Positions 1 through 10,680 of a DNA stretch of 64,000 nt are shown piece by piece. Origin of the DNA: Candidatus Latescibacterota bacterium (GTDB lineage: Bacteria; Latescibacterota; UBA2968; UBA8231); NCBI GenBank assembly GCA_965197905.1, contig CBDAOB010000003.1, positions 96,001 to 160,000 of the forward strand. Reading direction: 5' to 3'. Numbering within the stretch: the first letter of the stretch is position 1; every line of letters begins with the position of its first letter. The position numbers and the translations under genes are program-made. A model generated the notes under the pieces. That model saw nothing but the letters and a program-made list of their open reading frames with translations, was not told where the DNA came from and made no database searches.

Positions 1-311
1 TTCGCCCGACTCGCTGTGATCCATTGCGCAATGGCGCTCATGACGGGGTACTCCGATTCACGGGTGGTAGTTTTCTCATGAGGATGCTTTGTTGACATGG
101 TAGCAGGAGAGACTCGAGCAGGCAAGTGCAATGTTCGTTCAGGTTGTCTCGTCTCAGCGATACTTACTCTCGCTCCAGTTCTCGATTATTATGAGTTAGA
201 ATGAACGACACTTAAGACGCGAAGCAAAAGGGCCGACATGGCGCGTTTGTCGGTGGTCTTCCAGCTGCCGACGAGGCAGTCTGGGCGCATGACCGAACGG
301 TATCGAGGGCT

Positions 312-1823
312 ATGACTCAATACGTTGCCGCCATCGACCAGGGCACGACTAGCACTCGTTGCATGCTGTTCGGTCATGCCGGCAAAATAGCTGGCAGCCA
401 TCAGCTCGAGCACCGGCAGATCTATCCACAACCCGGTTGGGTGGAGCACGACGCGCTCGAAATCTGGACCAACACGCAGAAGGTTGTTACACAGGCGCTC
501 TTGCAGGCCAGTGCCTCCGCCGTAGACATCGCAGCCGTGGGCATAGCCAATCAACGAGAAACCACCGTGGTCTGGAATCGTGGAACGGGCCAACCGTATT
601 ACAACGCACTAGTGTGGCAGGATACGAGAACAGACCAGATTTGCGATGAGTTAGCGCGACAGGGCGGACAAGATCGCTTCAGGCTCCGGACGGGATTGCC
701 TTTGGCGACCTACTTCTCGGGACCCAAGATAAAGTGGCTGCTGGACAATGTTGAAGCACTGCGCTCGGCCGCCGAACGTGGAGAAGTGCTTTTCGGCACC
801 CTGGACACCTGGCTGGCATGGAACCTTACCGGCGGCGCGGACGGCGGCGTTCACGTGACCGACGTTACCAATGCCTCTCGCACCATGCTCATGAATCTCG
901 AGGGAGCAAGTTGGGACGAGGACCTCCTGGAAGCCATGACGATACCGAAATCCATCCTGCCCGAGATCCGCCCCTCCAGTGACCCCAGGATTTACGGCCG
1001 GACTAGGAGCGATGGTCCCTTCGGTGGAACCATACCTCTATGCGGCATACTCGGGGATCAGCATGCGGCAATGGTAGGCCAGGCCTGCTTGAGCCCGGGA
1101 GAAGCCAAGAACACCTACGGAACCGGGTGTTTTATGATGCTCAACACCGGCGCGGACATCGTTCCCTCCAAACATGGGCTGTTGACCACCGTCTGCTACA
1201 AGTTCGGTGACGAACCAACCATTTATGCTTTGGAGGGTTCCATTGCGGTCAGTGGGGCTTTGGTGCACTGGCTGCGGGACAATTTGGGCATCATTCGATC
1301 AGCGGCCGAGGTTGAGGATCTGGCCCGAACGGTTGATGACAATGGCGGTGTCTACTTCGTGCCCGCTTTCTCCGGTCTCTTCGCTCCCCACTGGAACAGC
1401 GGTGCCCGTGGAGTCATCGCCGGATTGACCGGCTTTGTCAACAACGGGCATCTCGCCCGGGCCGCATTAGAAGCAACCGCATTCCAGACTCGCGAGGTGC
1501 TCGACGCGATGAACGCCGACTCCGGAGTGGATCTCACCGCGTTGAAGGTAGACGGTGGGATGGTATTCAACGATCTATTGATGCAGTTTCAAGCAGATGT
1601 ATTGGACGTTCCGGTTATTCGCCCACGAGTTACCGAGACAACCGTCCTGGGTGCCGCGTATGCGGCGGGACTGGCGGTTGGTTTCTGGAAAAACACGGAC
1701 GAGTTGCGCAACAATTGGGGTGTGGACAAAACCTGGCGTCCGGTGGCAGATGACGCAGCCCGCACAACACTCTATCACCAGTGGAACAAAGCGGTAACCC
1801 GCACGTTCGATTGGATAGAATGA
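312..1823 (+). CDS. glpK: Glycerol kinase
   Basis: FGGY motifs [49 protein letters not shown]; 503 aa. Confidence 0.95.
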   Translation: MTQYVAAIDQGTTSTRCMLFGHAGKIAGSHQLEHRQIYPQPGWVEHDALEIWTNTQKVVTQALLQASASAVDIAAVGIANQRETTVVWNRGTGQPYYNALVWQDTRTDQICDELARQGGQDRFRLRTGLPLATYFSGPKIKWLLDNVEALRSAAERGEVLFGTLDTWLAWNLTGGADGGVHVTDVTNASRTMLMNLEGASWDEDLLEAMTIPKSILPEIRPSSDPRIYGRTRSDGPFGGTIPLCGILGDQHAAMVGQACLSPGEAKNTYGTGCFMMLNTGADIVPSKHGLLTTVCYKFGDEPTIYALEGSIAVSGALVHWLRDNLGIIRSAAEVEDLARTVDDNGGVYFVPAFSGLFAPHWNSGARGVIAGLTGFVNNGHLARAALEATAFQTREVLDAMNADSGVDLTALKVDGGMVFNDLLMQFQADVLDVPVIRPRVTETTVLGAAYAAGLAVGFWKNTDELRNNWGVDKTWRPVADDAARTTLYHQWNKAVTRTFDWIE

Positions 1824-1876
1824 ACACGCACAGGTAATCGACGGAGGGCAACGTGATACCGAAAGGGGGGAACAGC

Positions 1877-2308
1877 ATGTCGGAGCCAAACAAAGAAAGC
1901 TGCAAAGTGGTTCGTTCGGAAGGAACCTACAGGGGGAAACAGGATTTCACCTATTTTGCGGGAATCTCGGCAGAAAATACCGGAGCTCGGGGAATCTGTA
2001 TGCATCTGTTGACGATCCCTCCGGGTCAACGGGCCAAGGCTCACCTCCATGAGAGCCATGAAACAGCGATTTACATCATTGATGGCGTAGGTGATATGTG
2101 GTATGGTGAGGACCTGGCTGATCACCTGGTGGTCAAGGCCGGCGAGTACCTTTACATACCTGCCGGGATGCCCCACCTGCCGTACAACGCCAGCGAGACC
2201 GAGCCCTGTACCGCGGTTATTGCTCGGACTGATCCCAACGAACAAGAAAGTGTGGTACTGTTGCCCGAATTGGATCAGCTGCACTCATCAGGAGAAACGT
2301 CATGTTAG
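1877..2308 (+). CDS. Cupin-domain protein (RmlC-like)
   Basis: AKAHLHESHETAIY and YIPAGMPHLP cupin motifs; ATG 1877 after GGGGG RBS. Confidence 0.85.
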   Translation: MSEPNKESCKVVRSEGTYRGKQDFTYFAGISAENTGARGICMHLLTIPPGQRAKAHLHESHETAIYIIDGVGDMWYGEDLADHLVVKAGEYLYIPAGMPHLPYNASETEPCTAVIARTDPNEQESVVLLPELDQLHSSGETSC

Positions 2309-2673
2309 CTTCGATGAATCGCGTCATCGTTTTTGTCGGCGACGTCGAAAAGTGCGCGGAATTCTATCGCGATACCTTCGACTTGTCCCCAATAGAGAGC
2401 ACACACGCGCCCAAACAATGGCTGGAACTGGATGCCGGCGGGTGCCGTTTGGCCTTCCACAAAGCGCACGGATCCGACGGTCCCGTCGACGGACCGACCG
2501 GCGGTCCGCAAAACCCCCACAAGATCGTGTTCCAGGCCGATGATGTAGCGGCGACGCGAGAAGTGCTCATTGAGCGAGGGGCTGCAATGGACGCCGTCCA
2601 AAGCTTCGGTGATCTGGTGATGTGCGATGGCGCGGATCCTGAAGGCCATCGGTTCCAGATCGCGAATCGCTAG
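2302..2673 (+). CDS. VOC/glyoxalase family protein
   Basis: VGDVEKCAEFYRD...DPEGHRFQI pattern. Confidence 0.85.
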   Translation: MLASMNRVIVFVGDVEKCAEFYRDTFDLSPIESTHAPKQWLELDAGGCRLAFHKAHGSDGPVDGPTGGPQNPHKIVFQADDVAATREVLIERGAAMDAVQSFGDLVMCDGADPEGHRFQIANR

Positions 2674-2706
2674 GGAAGAGACGCGCCTCTTCGAGCCGAG
2701 AATTCC

Positions 2707-3582
2707 ATGGATTCCACTTGCCTCCAGTACTGCATGACCGATGAGCAACGGAACATCTTCGATCAGGAAGGGTATCTAATCGTCGAAGATGCGTTGGATG
2801 CAGAGTTCATCCAGCGCCTGATCGAAGCCGGCGATCGGGTGGATCGGCGGGAACGCCAGAGTCAGGGTCTCGATGCCGACAAGCTGCTGTCCAAGTTTCG
2901 CACTATCGTAGAAGACGAGGTTTTTCTAGAGCTGCTCGACTGGCCAAAGACCTTCCCATTGATCTGGGACATTCTCGGCTGGAATGTCCAACATTACATT
3001 TCCCATCTGATCTACTACCCCCCCGAGCAGGATGACGAATCAGCCCCACCCGGTGTATGGCATCAAGACGGCGGCCGGCCCGTCCCTGAAATGGAACGGC
3101 CGCACCCGCGTCTGTCGCTGAAGATCGGATTCTGGCTGACAGACATCAACGACCCGGATCGTGGCGGTATCCGCATCGTTCCCTCGAGTCACAAACGTGA
3201 CGAGGTTCCCGAACGACAACCGGATGTCGAGCCGGAGGGGATGTTGCAGCTGCCGGTGAAAGCGGGAACCGCGGTGCTGTTCGACCGACGAATGTGGCAT
3301 TCGCGCGGCATCAACACATCGAATAGTACGCGTAAGGTACTGTTTCTGGGCTACAGCTACCGTTGGCTGCGCGGGCTCGATTACAACCTCATACCGGAAG
3401 AAATCCTGGAGAAATGCGACCCCATCCGTCGACAGCTGCTGGGCGATGGCGTCGACGTGAAGGGTTGGTGGCAGCCCACCGACGACGACGTCCCACTCAA
3501 AGGGTGGCTGCTGGAGCACAAGGGAGAGGCGTACGTCGAACGGATATCGGAAAAGCAGTGGGAACGGGATAAGTGGGCGTAA
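2707..3582 (+). CDS. Phytanoyl-CoA dioxygenase (PhyH) family 2OG-Fe(II) oxygenase
   Basis: FDQEGYL, WHQD (HxD), VPSSH, MWHSR. Confidence 0.9.
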   Translation: MDSTCLQYCMTDEQRNIFDQEGYLIVEDALDAEFIQRLIEAGDRVDRRERQSQGLDADKLLSKFRTIVEDEVFLELLDWPKTFPLIWDILGWNVQHYISHLIYYPPEQDDESAPPGVWHQDGGRPVPEMERPHPRLSLKIGFWLTDINDPDRGGIRIVPSSHKRDEVPERQPDVEPEGMLQLPVKAGTAVLFDRRMWHSRGINTSNSTRKVLFLGYSYRWLRGLDYNLIPEEILEKCDPIRRQLLGDGVDVKGWWQPTDDDVPLKGWLLEHKGEAYVERISEKQWERDKWA

Positions 3583-3589
3583 TAGACCC

Positions 3590-4369
3590 ATGCTGACCAC
3601 GGAACAGATCAGCTTCTTCGAGACCTTTGGTTTCCTTTGCCTGCGACAGCTCTTTTCGTCGGCGGAGATGGCAGACTTCACCCGCGAATTTGAGGAGCTG
3701 ATGAAGGTCAATCCGGGCGTGAGGACCGGGCCTACGCACCAGGCCGTTTCGCCTTTCGTGGAGTTGGGTCCTACGCTGACCCGGCTCCCGGAAGATGACC
3801 GCATTTATTTGCCCATGGAGCAGCTCCTGGGTTCGGAGTTTATCTGGGGGGGCTCAGAAGGGGTGTCGGGCACTTTCAACGAGACCAACAATCACAATTG
3901 GCATTGCGATCGTGCTGGCCAGATTGATCTGCAGTATACCCGCATCAAGATCATGATCTATCTACAGCCGATGGGGAAAGAGACTGGAGCGTTGCGGGTC
4001 ATTCCCGGTTCCCACCACGCCAAATTTCACCGCGGTTTGCTGCCGCTTCACGACCAGCACGAGGAAACATGCCCGGGCGCCTTCGGTGTCGACGGTCCCG
4101 ATCTATGCTGCCATGCGCTCGAAGTCGATCCGGGGGATGTGGTTGTGTTTAACCACTATCTCTTCCATGCGGTCTACGGAAAACAGGAGGGGCGTCGATA
4201 CGTCGCCTTGAAGTTTGCAGCGGAGCCAAAAAACGAGGCGGAGTACAACGCGTTACGGCCTAACCAACAGGATGCGTCACAGCTGGATGTGTCCTATCGC
4301 CACAGTGACCGGCCGCGAGTGCAGGGTATGGTGGCGAAGCTGTTGGAATGGGAAGCGAAACTGGGATAG
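3590..4369 (+). CDS. PhyH family 2OG-Fe(II) oxygenase
   Basis: FFETFGFL, WHCD, LRVIPGSH, LFHAV. Confidence 0.9.
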   Translation: MLTTEQISFFETFGFLCLRQLFSSAEMADFTREFEELMKVNPGVRTGPTHQAVSPFVELGPTLTRLPEDDRIYLPMEQLLGSEFIWGGSEGVSGTFNETNNHNWHCDRAGQIDLQYTRIKIMIYLQPMGKETGALRVIPGSHHAKFHRGLLPLHDQHEETCPGAFGVDGPDLCCHALEVDPGDVVVFNHYLFHAVYGKQEGRRYVALKFAAEPKNEAEYNALRPNQQDASQLDVSYRHSDRPRVQGMVAKLLEWEAKLG

Positions 4370-4533
4370 TGCCCTGTATCGAAAATTGCCTGTATTAATT
4401 CGCCGATCCATCCCGACCTGCTGCGTTGCGCTCATTCGGCGTATTTCACCAATACGCCTCGATCGCGCGCCTTGCAGGCCGGGCGACTCGGCGCCTTCAT
4501 TTCACAAGCCTACTTCCGATACAGGGCACTTAG
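4367..4533. mobile_element. MITE-like palindromic repeat, copy 1
   Basis: TIR AGTGCCCTGTATCG (4368-4381)/CGATACAGGGCACT (4517-4530); nearly identical to 26291-26457; fills the gap between two convergent stop codons. Confidence 0.85.
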
Positions 4534-6374
4534 TTGTCGTCCTCGCGCTCGCTCAACAAATCGCCGCGCTGTAGGCGCTCGGCATTTTCGCTCGACCAGA
4601 GGATATTCTTCATCACCTTCTGCGCGGTGATGTAGCGCGTGGCGGCCAGGAGATGGATCCGCTTTTCTTCCGGGTCGGTGCTCAGATCGAAATGGCGGAA
4701 CGCCACCTCCAGTACCTGGAACATGTGCAGCTCGGCGTCCTCCCTAAGCATGATGTGTCCGAGGGTGTGTCTGAGCTTCTGCAGGTCCCTTTCTTCAGCC
4801 AGGTATTGATTCACCAGGCTTTCCGCTTCGTACACCTTCTGGAAATCGGCGAACTCCTGCAAGCGGTCCAACATCGACTCGTCAGAGTCGAACGCCTCTT
4901 CCATCTTTTGTTCCGCTCGGGGCACGCGCGCTGCCGGCATGTTGAGCCAGCGCAAATAGGTGAGAAAGACAGCTCCGTGGAAAAGTCCCCTCAGCAGCTC
5001 CTTGCTGGCGGCATACTGGAAGGCGCAATACAGGGCGTGGCCATAGGAGTAAATGTTGGCGACGTCGTGCCAGTCCCCCTCGTTCTTTAGATGAAAACGC
5101 ACGGTGCGCACGGCGCCGGCGAAGGTCATGGCGCGACAGATCTGAATGGGCGGCACGCCGGCGCGAAGTTTCTTCTCCACCTGGACGAGGATCGGCTCGA
5201 ACTCATCCCCTAGCATCACCTGGGCAAATTCGGCGATATCCAGGGAAGCTTCATTTTCCTGGTTGTCGAGCCAGATCTCGTCCAGCCGGCCGAAGATCTC
5301 TTCCAGATGAGGACGGCTATCGGCCCAGCGCGAGGTTTCCTCGTGGCGGGTCCGTGTGACCAGGTCCACGACAATGGGTCGCAGGATTTCGTGAGCGCCC
5401 TGCCATTCCACGTACTCGAGGGCCTCGAACATCTTGTTGGCGAAATCCAGCGCGTGGCCATCCCCGGTGAAATAGAAATCGGTGGCGGAGCAGAAGACAA
5501 GATCGGCCAGTACCTCTCTGGAATGGCCCCGGTCGTAGAGGGTCAACAAGATGCGCTCGGCCGCGCCCTGGTGCCGCTGATCGACAAAGGTGCGGAACCA
5601 GCGCTTGAAGGTCCCCAGGTCCTGATCTTCGCTGGCCCGAGGGAAGGGGAAACGCTGGCGTCGCGAGCTACCGGAGGTGCGACGGGCAATCTGGGTGAGA
5701 CCGTGCACCAGAAACAGGTTCCTGTCCTTGGGTGCGATATCGTCCCACATATTAGCGGCCAGGGTGATGATCGCCACCCCCGAAGACCAGCCCTCGCTGG
5801 TCTTGTGGGCCCCGTAGTAGAGACCCTGCTGAATAATCTCATGGGCGGAAGCCCCCGCCTCTCGCAGCGCGGCGACAGCTTTGGCAATCAGAAACGAGCT
5901 GCGGTCTTTCAAACCTTGCTCAAGGGCCCGTTTGCCTCGGTCTATCAGGCGCCGGCGGGCCTCCTCTTTTTCGCCCGGTGACAGTCCTACGTAGACATAG
6001 CCGTCGTCTCGGACTTCCAGGGGAAAGCTTTTGAGATCGTCGCCCGAGGTGAGCAGACATCCGCCGGTGTTCAGATCGAATTCCCAATGGTGCCAATGGC
6101 AGATCAGCACGCCATCTCGTATGCTGCCCTTGGACATGGGGTATCCCATGTGCGGGCAGCGATTGTCGACGGCGTGGAACTTGCCTCGATAACGAAACAG
6201 GGCGATATGGTTGCCCTCGATGCTAAAGGGCTTGCCCACGTCCTCCTCCACTTCGTCGACCGGGCACAGTTTGTGGAAGACACAGTTCTCCGGGTCCATC
6301 ACCGGTTGGGAATAATCACCTAGTGAGAAGACCTCTCTGTCTGTGTGGTTGGTCGCCTGAGTCGTATCCGTCAT
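4530..6374 (-). CDS. Rieske [2Fe-2S] domain fused to long helical His-containing domain
   Basis: CPHMG...CHWHHWEF Rieske ligands; C-terminal segments GHALDF, DWHDVAN, EDAELHMFQ. Confidence 0.85.
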   Translation of the reverse strand: MTDTTQATNHTDREVFSLGDYSQPVMDPENCVFHKLCPVDEVEEDVGKPFSIEGNHIALFRYRGKFHAVDNRCPHMGYPMSKGSIRDGVLICHWHHWEFDLNTGGCLLTSGDDLKSFPLEVRDDGYVYVGLSPGEKEEARRRLIDRGKRALEQGLKDRSSFLIAKAVAALREAGASAHEIIQQGLYYGAHKTSEGWSSGVAIITLAANMWDDIAPKDRNLFLVHGLTQIARRTSGSSRRQRFPFPRASEDQDLGTFKRWFRTFVDQRHQGAAERILLTLYDRGHSREVLADLVFCSATDFYFTGDGHALDFANKMFEALEYVEWQGAHEILRPIVVDLVTRTRHEETSRWADSRPHLEEIFGRLDEIWLDNQENEASLDIAEFAQVMLGDEFEPILVQVEKKLRAGVPPIQICRAMTFAGAVRTVRFHLKNEGDWHDVANIYSYGHALYCAFQYAASKELLRGLFHGAVFLTYLRWLNMPAARVPRAEQKMEEAFDSDESMLDRLQEFADFQKVYEAESLVNQYLAEERDLQKLRHTLGHIMLREDAELHMFQVLEVAFRHFDLSTDPEEKRIHLLAATRYITAQKVMKNILWSSENAERLQRGDLLSEREDDN

Positions 6375-6667
6375 GGTGGACTTGCCTGTGGGAGTGGTTT
6401 AACCACCACTGTATAGATTCGCGTGCAAAAATCAGTCGGGATTTGGCCTGAACTCGACTCTCTTGATAATACAGATTGACCGTGTGACCACAACTTGCTG
6501 CCCCGACGAGATCGACCAGAGAGATGACACTGATAGTTCGCGAGAACGGACTGGGATTCGAAATCCTCGACGAAGAGCCGACAAGCAAAGCTATTGAGGC
6601 GCTCTACGACACCTTCTGTGATTGAGTGAGATATGCTCTAGCCGGTCCGACCAGCCGGGCTCGAGAG

Positions 6668-7672
6668 TCAGGCCAGATCTACGGCCTGGCCCTTTCTTAT
6701 CGATTCGTGGATCGCATCGATCGTTTTCATAGTGCCGACGCTGTGATCGGGTGTGATGCGGTGAGGGATCCCGCTGTCGAGGCAATCGCAGAGGTGGTCG
6801 AGCTGTAATACGAACGGATCGACCGGTTGAAACTCAAAACTTTCGGTGGCGTCTCGTGTCTGCACGAGCAGGCGAGTTTTCTGATTTTCGTTGTTGAAGG
6901 CCGGATCCACGCGAATTTCACCTTCAGTGCCAGCGATTTCGAGATATTGGGAGGGATGCTGCAGCCAGCTGAAAGTGAGCTGCGCCACCGCACCATTCGG
7001 AAAGTTTAATACCGCGGCAACGTCGAACTCCACCTCATCGCCGTAGGAAGCCGTGGCATAGACCCGTTCGGGATCGACCCCCGCCAAAGAGCGGGCGTGG
7101 TTAAGCACGTAACATCCCAAGTCATAAACGATTCCACCTCCTTTGTTGCGGTTATACCTCCAGCTTGCGGTCGGCGTACACCTTTCCACGGGGCGAGCGC
7201 TGGTAAAGGTTCCACGAATAGCGGTGAGCCGGCCGATAGCGCCGCCATCCAGAAGCTCCTTGGCTTTCAGATTCAGCGGGTGATGCAGCGATTTCAGGGC
7301 CTCTGCCAGGAGGACGCCATTATCCAGCGCGGTGGCGAACATCGCTTGACTATCCTGCGCCGATTGGCTGATCGGCTTTTCGCACAAAATTGCCTGCACA
7401 GATCCGCTTCGGGCGATCCGGTTGCTGACCTCGGCATGAAGCGGACCCCAGGTGCAGACGATGGCGATGTCCAGATCTTCGGATCGGAGCATCTCTTCCA
7501 GGTCGAGGTAGCCCCGCTTCAGCTCGAATTCAACCACGAACCGGTCGACAGCCTCCTGCGAGACGTCGCACGCAGCACACAGCTCGGCTTTTTGCGAATC
7601 AAACGCCGAGCGAGCGTGTATTCGGGAGATACCGCCTAAACCGACGATGCCAACCCGGTAGATAGCGCCCAC
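6668..7672 (-). CDS. Gfo/Idh/MocA oxidoreductase
   Basis: GIVGLGGI, LCEKP, GGGIVYDLGCY. Confidence 0.9.
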   Translation of the reverse strand: MGAIYRVGIVGLGGISRIHARSAFDSQKAELCAACDVSQEAVDRFVVEFELKRGYLDLEEMLRSEDLDIAIVCTWGPLHAEVSNRIARSGSVQAILCEKPISQSAQDSQAMFATALDNGVLLAEALKSLHHPLNLKAKELLDGGAIGRLTAIRGTFTSARPVERCTPTASWRYNRNKGGGIVYDLGCYVLNHARSLAGVDPERVYATASYGDEVEFDVAAVLNFPNGAVAQLTFSWLQHPSQYLEIAGTEGEIRVDPAFNNENQKTRLLVQTRDATESFEFQPVDPFVLQLDHLCDCLDSGIPHRITPDHSVGTMKTIDAIHESIRKGQAVDLA

Positions 7673-7676
7673 CCTA

Positions 7677-8771
7677 CTACTTCCACTGGTCGAACGGATT
7701 CCTTCCGTCAGGCAGCGGAAGAGAGACTCGCGTCCCGGAGATGTGGGCGGCGTGGGCCATCATCGCCATCTCTGTATACAGCAAGGTATTCTCGCCCTGG
7801 ACCAGCTCGTACTCCGGGGTTTCCCCTTTGAGCATGGCAACCATCGAGCGGGCCATGCGATGATGAGCGCGAACCCACTTGTCATCGTCGGGTGGAGGTT
7901 CGGAGGGAATAATCTCCCAGCGATCGTCCCCAAATGGGGGCGGACTGGCTCGCGGGTGATAGAAGATATCGGGAGTGTTAGAAACCGGCCCGGGTAGAGA
8001 AAGAGAGCCCTCCGTGCCGAAAAGGTCAACGCGATAGGGGGTATCCTTGCTGTCACCCTCGTAGGATTCGAAATCTGCCGCAAAGCCGTTTTCGAAGGCG
8101 TAGTAGGCTTTGATGCCGTTGCCTGCCACTAATCCCATTCCCTCGATCCCCTGGAAGAGGTCGGCCGGCGTAACGCTGCGCCCATCCTTGGTGATATGAG
8201 CCTGGCACCAGAGCGGCGGACCGGCAATCTGCCAGAGAAAGTCGAAGAAGTGAGGATAGAGATCGAGGAAATACTGGTTCCCGCCTTTGGCGTAGCCATT
8301 CATGCCATATAACCGCGCCAAGCGTGGTGCCCCAATCTTCCCCGATTTTATCAACGGAATGGCAGTCTGTTGAATAGGCGGGTGTCCGCGCCAGGGATGG
8401 GCGAGGACGAGAAGGGAGCCATTCCGTTCGCAAGCGGCCATCATCTGGACTACCTCCTCAGGCGTCGCTGCGGCCGGTTTTTCCAGGTAGATATGGCCCC
8501 CTCGTTCGGCGACCTCGATCACGATGTCGCGATGATCGCCGACTTCGCGGGTGGCGACGACCGCGATGTCTGGCTTCTCCCGATCCAGCATCTCCCGGTA
8601 GTCGGCGTAACCCGTCTGTGCGCCGGTCCGTTCGAGGGCGCTGGCGCGGCCTGTGTCATCGGGATCGGCGAGCGCTACAACCGTGGTTTCCTCGACGCCT
8701 TCGAAGGATCGGTCCATAAAGTGGCCGTAGTTGCCCCGTCCCGTGTGCCCAATGATTGCAACCTTAAACAT
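7677..8771 (-). CDS. Gfo/Idh/MocA oxidoreductase
   Basis: IIGHTGRGNYGH, YADYREML, YLEKP. Confidence 0.88.
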   Translation of the reverse strand: MFKVAIIGHTGRGNYGHFMDRSFEGVEETTVVALADPDDTGRASALERTGAQTGYADYREMLDREKPDIAVVATREVGDHRDIVIEVAERGGHIYLEKPAAATPEEVVQMMAACERNGSLLVLAHPWRGHPPIQQTAIPLIKSGKIGAPRLARLYGMNGYAKGGNQYFLDLYPHFFDFLWQIAGPPLWCQAHITKDGRSVTPADLFQGIEGMGLVAGNGIKAYYAFENGFAADFESYEGDSKDTPYRVDLFGTEGSLSLPGPVSNTPDIFYHPRASPPPFGDDRWEIIPSEPPPDDDKWVRAHHRMARSMVAMLKGETPEYELVQGENTLLYTEMAMMAHAAHISGTRVSLPLPDGRNPFDQWK

Positions 8772-8952
8772 TTTCTGGAGTCCAATCTCATGCGGTTTGA
8801 TCGATTGCGGTGCTCGACGGCAGCTTCTACGTTATCATACAATGCAATTCTTTATACGCAACAACCGGGAATAATTTACACCTGCCACCCCAACGACCTC
8901 GGCCTCAGTTGGAGCGAGTGACCATCGCGCCGGAGGGGACGCCGCTTCGTCC

Positions 8953-9789
8953 GTGACCCTCCTCGTCCTCGCCATTCTCACCTCTTTCACCTTCGGACAG
9001 CTGTGGAAGTGGTCGCAGCGCCAGGGCTGCTACGCGCCGCTCGTGGTGACGGTCAACTATCTCGTTGTGGCCCTGTTGGCCGCCATTTATCTGCTGTCTC
9101 AGGGAGGCATCGAGCTATCCCCGACCGTATGGAAGGTCGGGATAGTGACGGGCTGCACCTTCATCGTTGCCATGTGCCTGATGACGTGGGCGCTGACGGT
9201 ATCCGATATGGCGACCATCCTCACAGCTTTCCGCCTCTCCATCGTCGTCCCTATCGTCGCTTCCGTAGTCCTGTGGCAGGAAGAGGTGACCCTAAGTCAG
9301 CTCGTCGGCATCGCCCTGGCGCTTTCAGCCTTGCTGCTGATGAGCGGCGGGGCCCGGGCCATCACCGGTGGAGCCCTGTTTCGGCACGGAGGCCTGGCCC
9401 TCGCCGTGTGCTCGATGCAGGGCGTCAGCCACACCAGCGCCCGCTGGGTCCACCATGCCGGGCTCGACGATCGTCATATGGAGGTGCTGCTGGTGACCGC
9501 CGCCACCGCCGGCCTTTTCGGCGCCGTCGCCCTCATAATCCTGCGGCGGCCAGTCGACGGGCCCAGTTGGCGCATGGGTGTCGGCATTGGTGTCTTCAAC
9601 GTCGCCGCCCTGGCGGTCTTTCTAGCCGCACTGGCGCGTTTCCAGAGTGCCCAGTTCTTCCCCGTCTCCGGATGCGCCATCGTCATCATGGACAACATCT
9701 TCGCGCACGTGGTCTGGCGAGAGCGGCTCTCCGTTATAACCGCGATCGGTGCCGTCATCGGCGCCGGATCGATATTGCTCGTGCTTTGA
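8953..9789 (+). CDS. DMT/EamA family membrane transporter
   Basis: About 10 hydrophobic segments in two repeats; LWQEEVT..QLVGIALAL and VWRERLS. Confidence 0.8.
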   Translation: MTLLVLAILTSFTFGQLWKWSQRQGCYAPLVVTVNYLVVALLAAIYLLSQGGIELSPTVWKVGIVTGCTFIVAMCLMTWALTVSDMATILTAFRLSIVVPIVASVVLWQEEVTLSQLVGIALALSALLLMSGGARAITGGALFRHGGLALAVCSMQGVSHTSARWVHHAGLDDRHMEVLLVTAATAGLFGAVALIILRRPVDGPSWRMGVGIGVFNVAALAVFLAALARFQSAQFFPVSGCAIVIMDNIFAHVVWRERLSVITAIGAVIGAGSILLVL

Positions 9790-9791
9790 CT

Positions 9792-9941
9792 ACAGGGCTC
9801 TGTTCAACATCTATCCCTGTATTTCGCCGTCGATGCATCCCGGCTGGCCGCGTTTCGTTCGCTCGCCATATTCCACCAATATGGCTCGCTCGCGCGCCTC
9901 GACACCAAAATCTCAAGGCTTTCTATTGAACAGAGCACTGT
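9792..9941. mobile_element. MITE-like palindromic repeat, divergent shortened copy
   Basis: TIR CAGGGCTCTGTTCAA/TTGAACAGAGCACTG; internal CATCCCG..CGCTCG-GCCATATT-CCACC-AATATGGC-TCGC matches the other copies. Confidence 0.75.
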
Positions 9942-9947
9942 GGAGAT

Positions 9948-10673
9948 TCAGCCAGAATCGCTGAGATGGGTCACATGTTTGCCGGCTGGCGGCTCGAAGC
10001 GCGCTGAGTGGGCTCCGACGAAATGACATATGAAGCTTCGCCGCCAGCGATCGGCGGTGAGATTGTTTGAGGATCCGTGAATCGTCTTGCCGTGAAAATA
10101 GAGGGTATCACCCGGTTGCATGTCCAGACCGAGTCCATGGGAGCCTGCAGGCATGACGGTCTGAACCTTGGTAAAGGAGACAGTGGTATCGGCTGCTTCC
10201 ACTTCCAGCAGACCCAGCTTGTGTGAACCGGGAACGACGACCATCTGTCCTACCGCCTCATCAGATAGATCGAGTGAGACCCAGACTCCAATCAGCGGTT
10301 CGATTGGAATATATTGCTGATCCTGGTGTAGGGCCTGCCCATAACCACCGGGGGGTTTGAAGTAGAGCATGGTCTGCTCGAGCACCGGCCCATCTTCGAT
10401 CAGCTGCGCGACGGATTCCAACATGCTGGCACTCCTGGACCACTGTTCGGTCTGCTCATCCCAGTTCTGCATGTTGATCATGCGAGGGTACTGATGATTG
10501 GAATCTTCGGGGTGTTCCTTCAAGCCTGCGTGGTCGCCTGGCTTGGGACCTTCGACACGCATGCGCATGTAATGCTCCATCATCAGCCGCGCGGTGTCCA
10601 CCTCGAACAGGCCCGACTCGACCACGTAACCTACGTCGTTGTACTGGGCGACCTGCTGGCGGGTTAGAGGCAT
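9948..10673 (-). CDS. PhyH family 2OG-Fe(II) oxygenase
   Basis: Likely start ATG 10673 (MPLTRQQ) just after the upstream stop; YFKPPG, LHQD, VPGSH, IHGS. Confidence 0.9.
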   Translation of the reverse strand: MPLTRQQVAQYNDVGYVVESGLFEVDTARLMMEHYMRMRVEGPKPGDHAGLKEHPEDSNHQYPRMINMQNWDEQTEQWSRSASMLESVAQLIEDGPVLEQTMLYFKPPGGYGQALHQDQQYIPIEPLIGVWVSLDLSDEAVGQMVVVPGSHKLGLLEVEAADTTVSFTKVQTVMPAGSHGLGLDMQPGDTLYFHGKTIHGSSNNLTADRWRRSFICHFVGAHSARFEPPAGKHVTHLSDSG

Positions 10674-10680
10674 AACGCTC

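Noticed and set aside
205..290. c-di-GMP-I riboswitch-like words (GACGCGAAGC...GCTGCCGA) upstream of glpK
   Set aside because: The 5' GGCAAA/GNRA stem is missing; only a partial resemblance that would need an Infernal hit.
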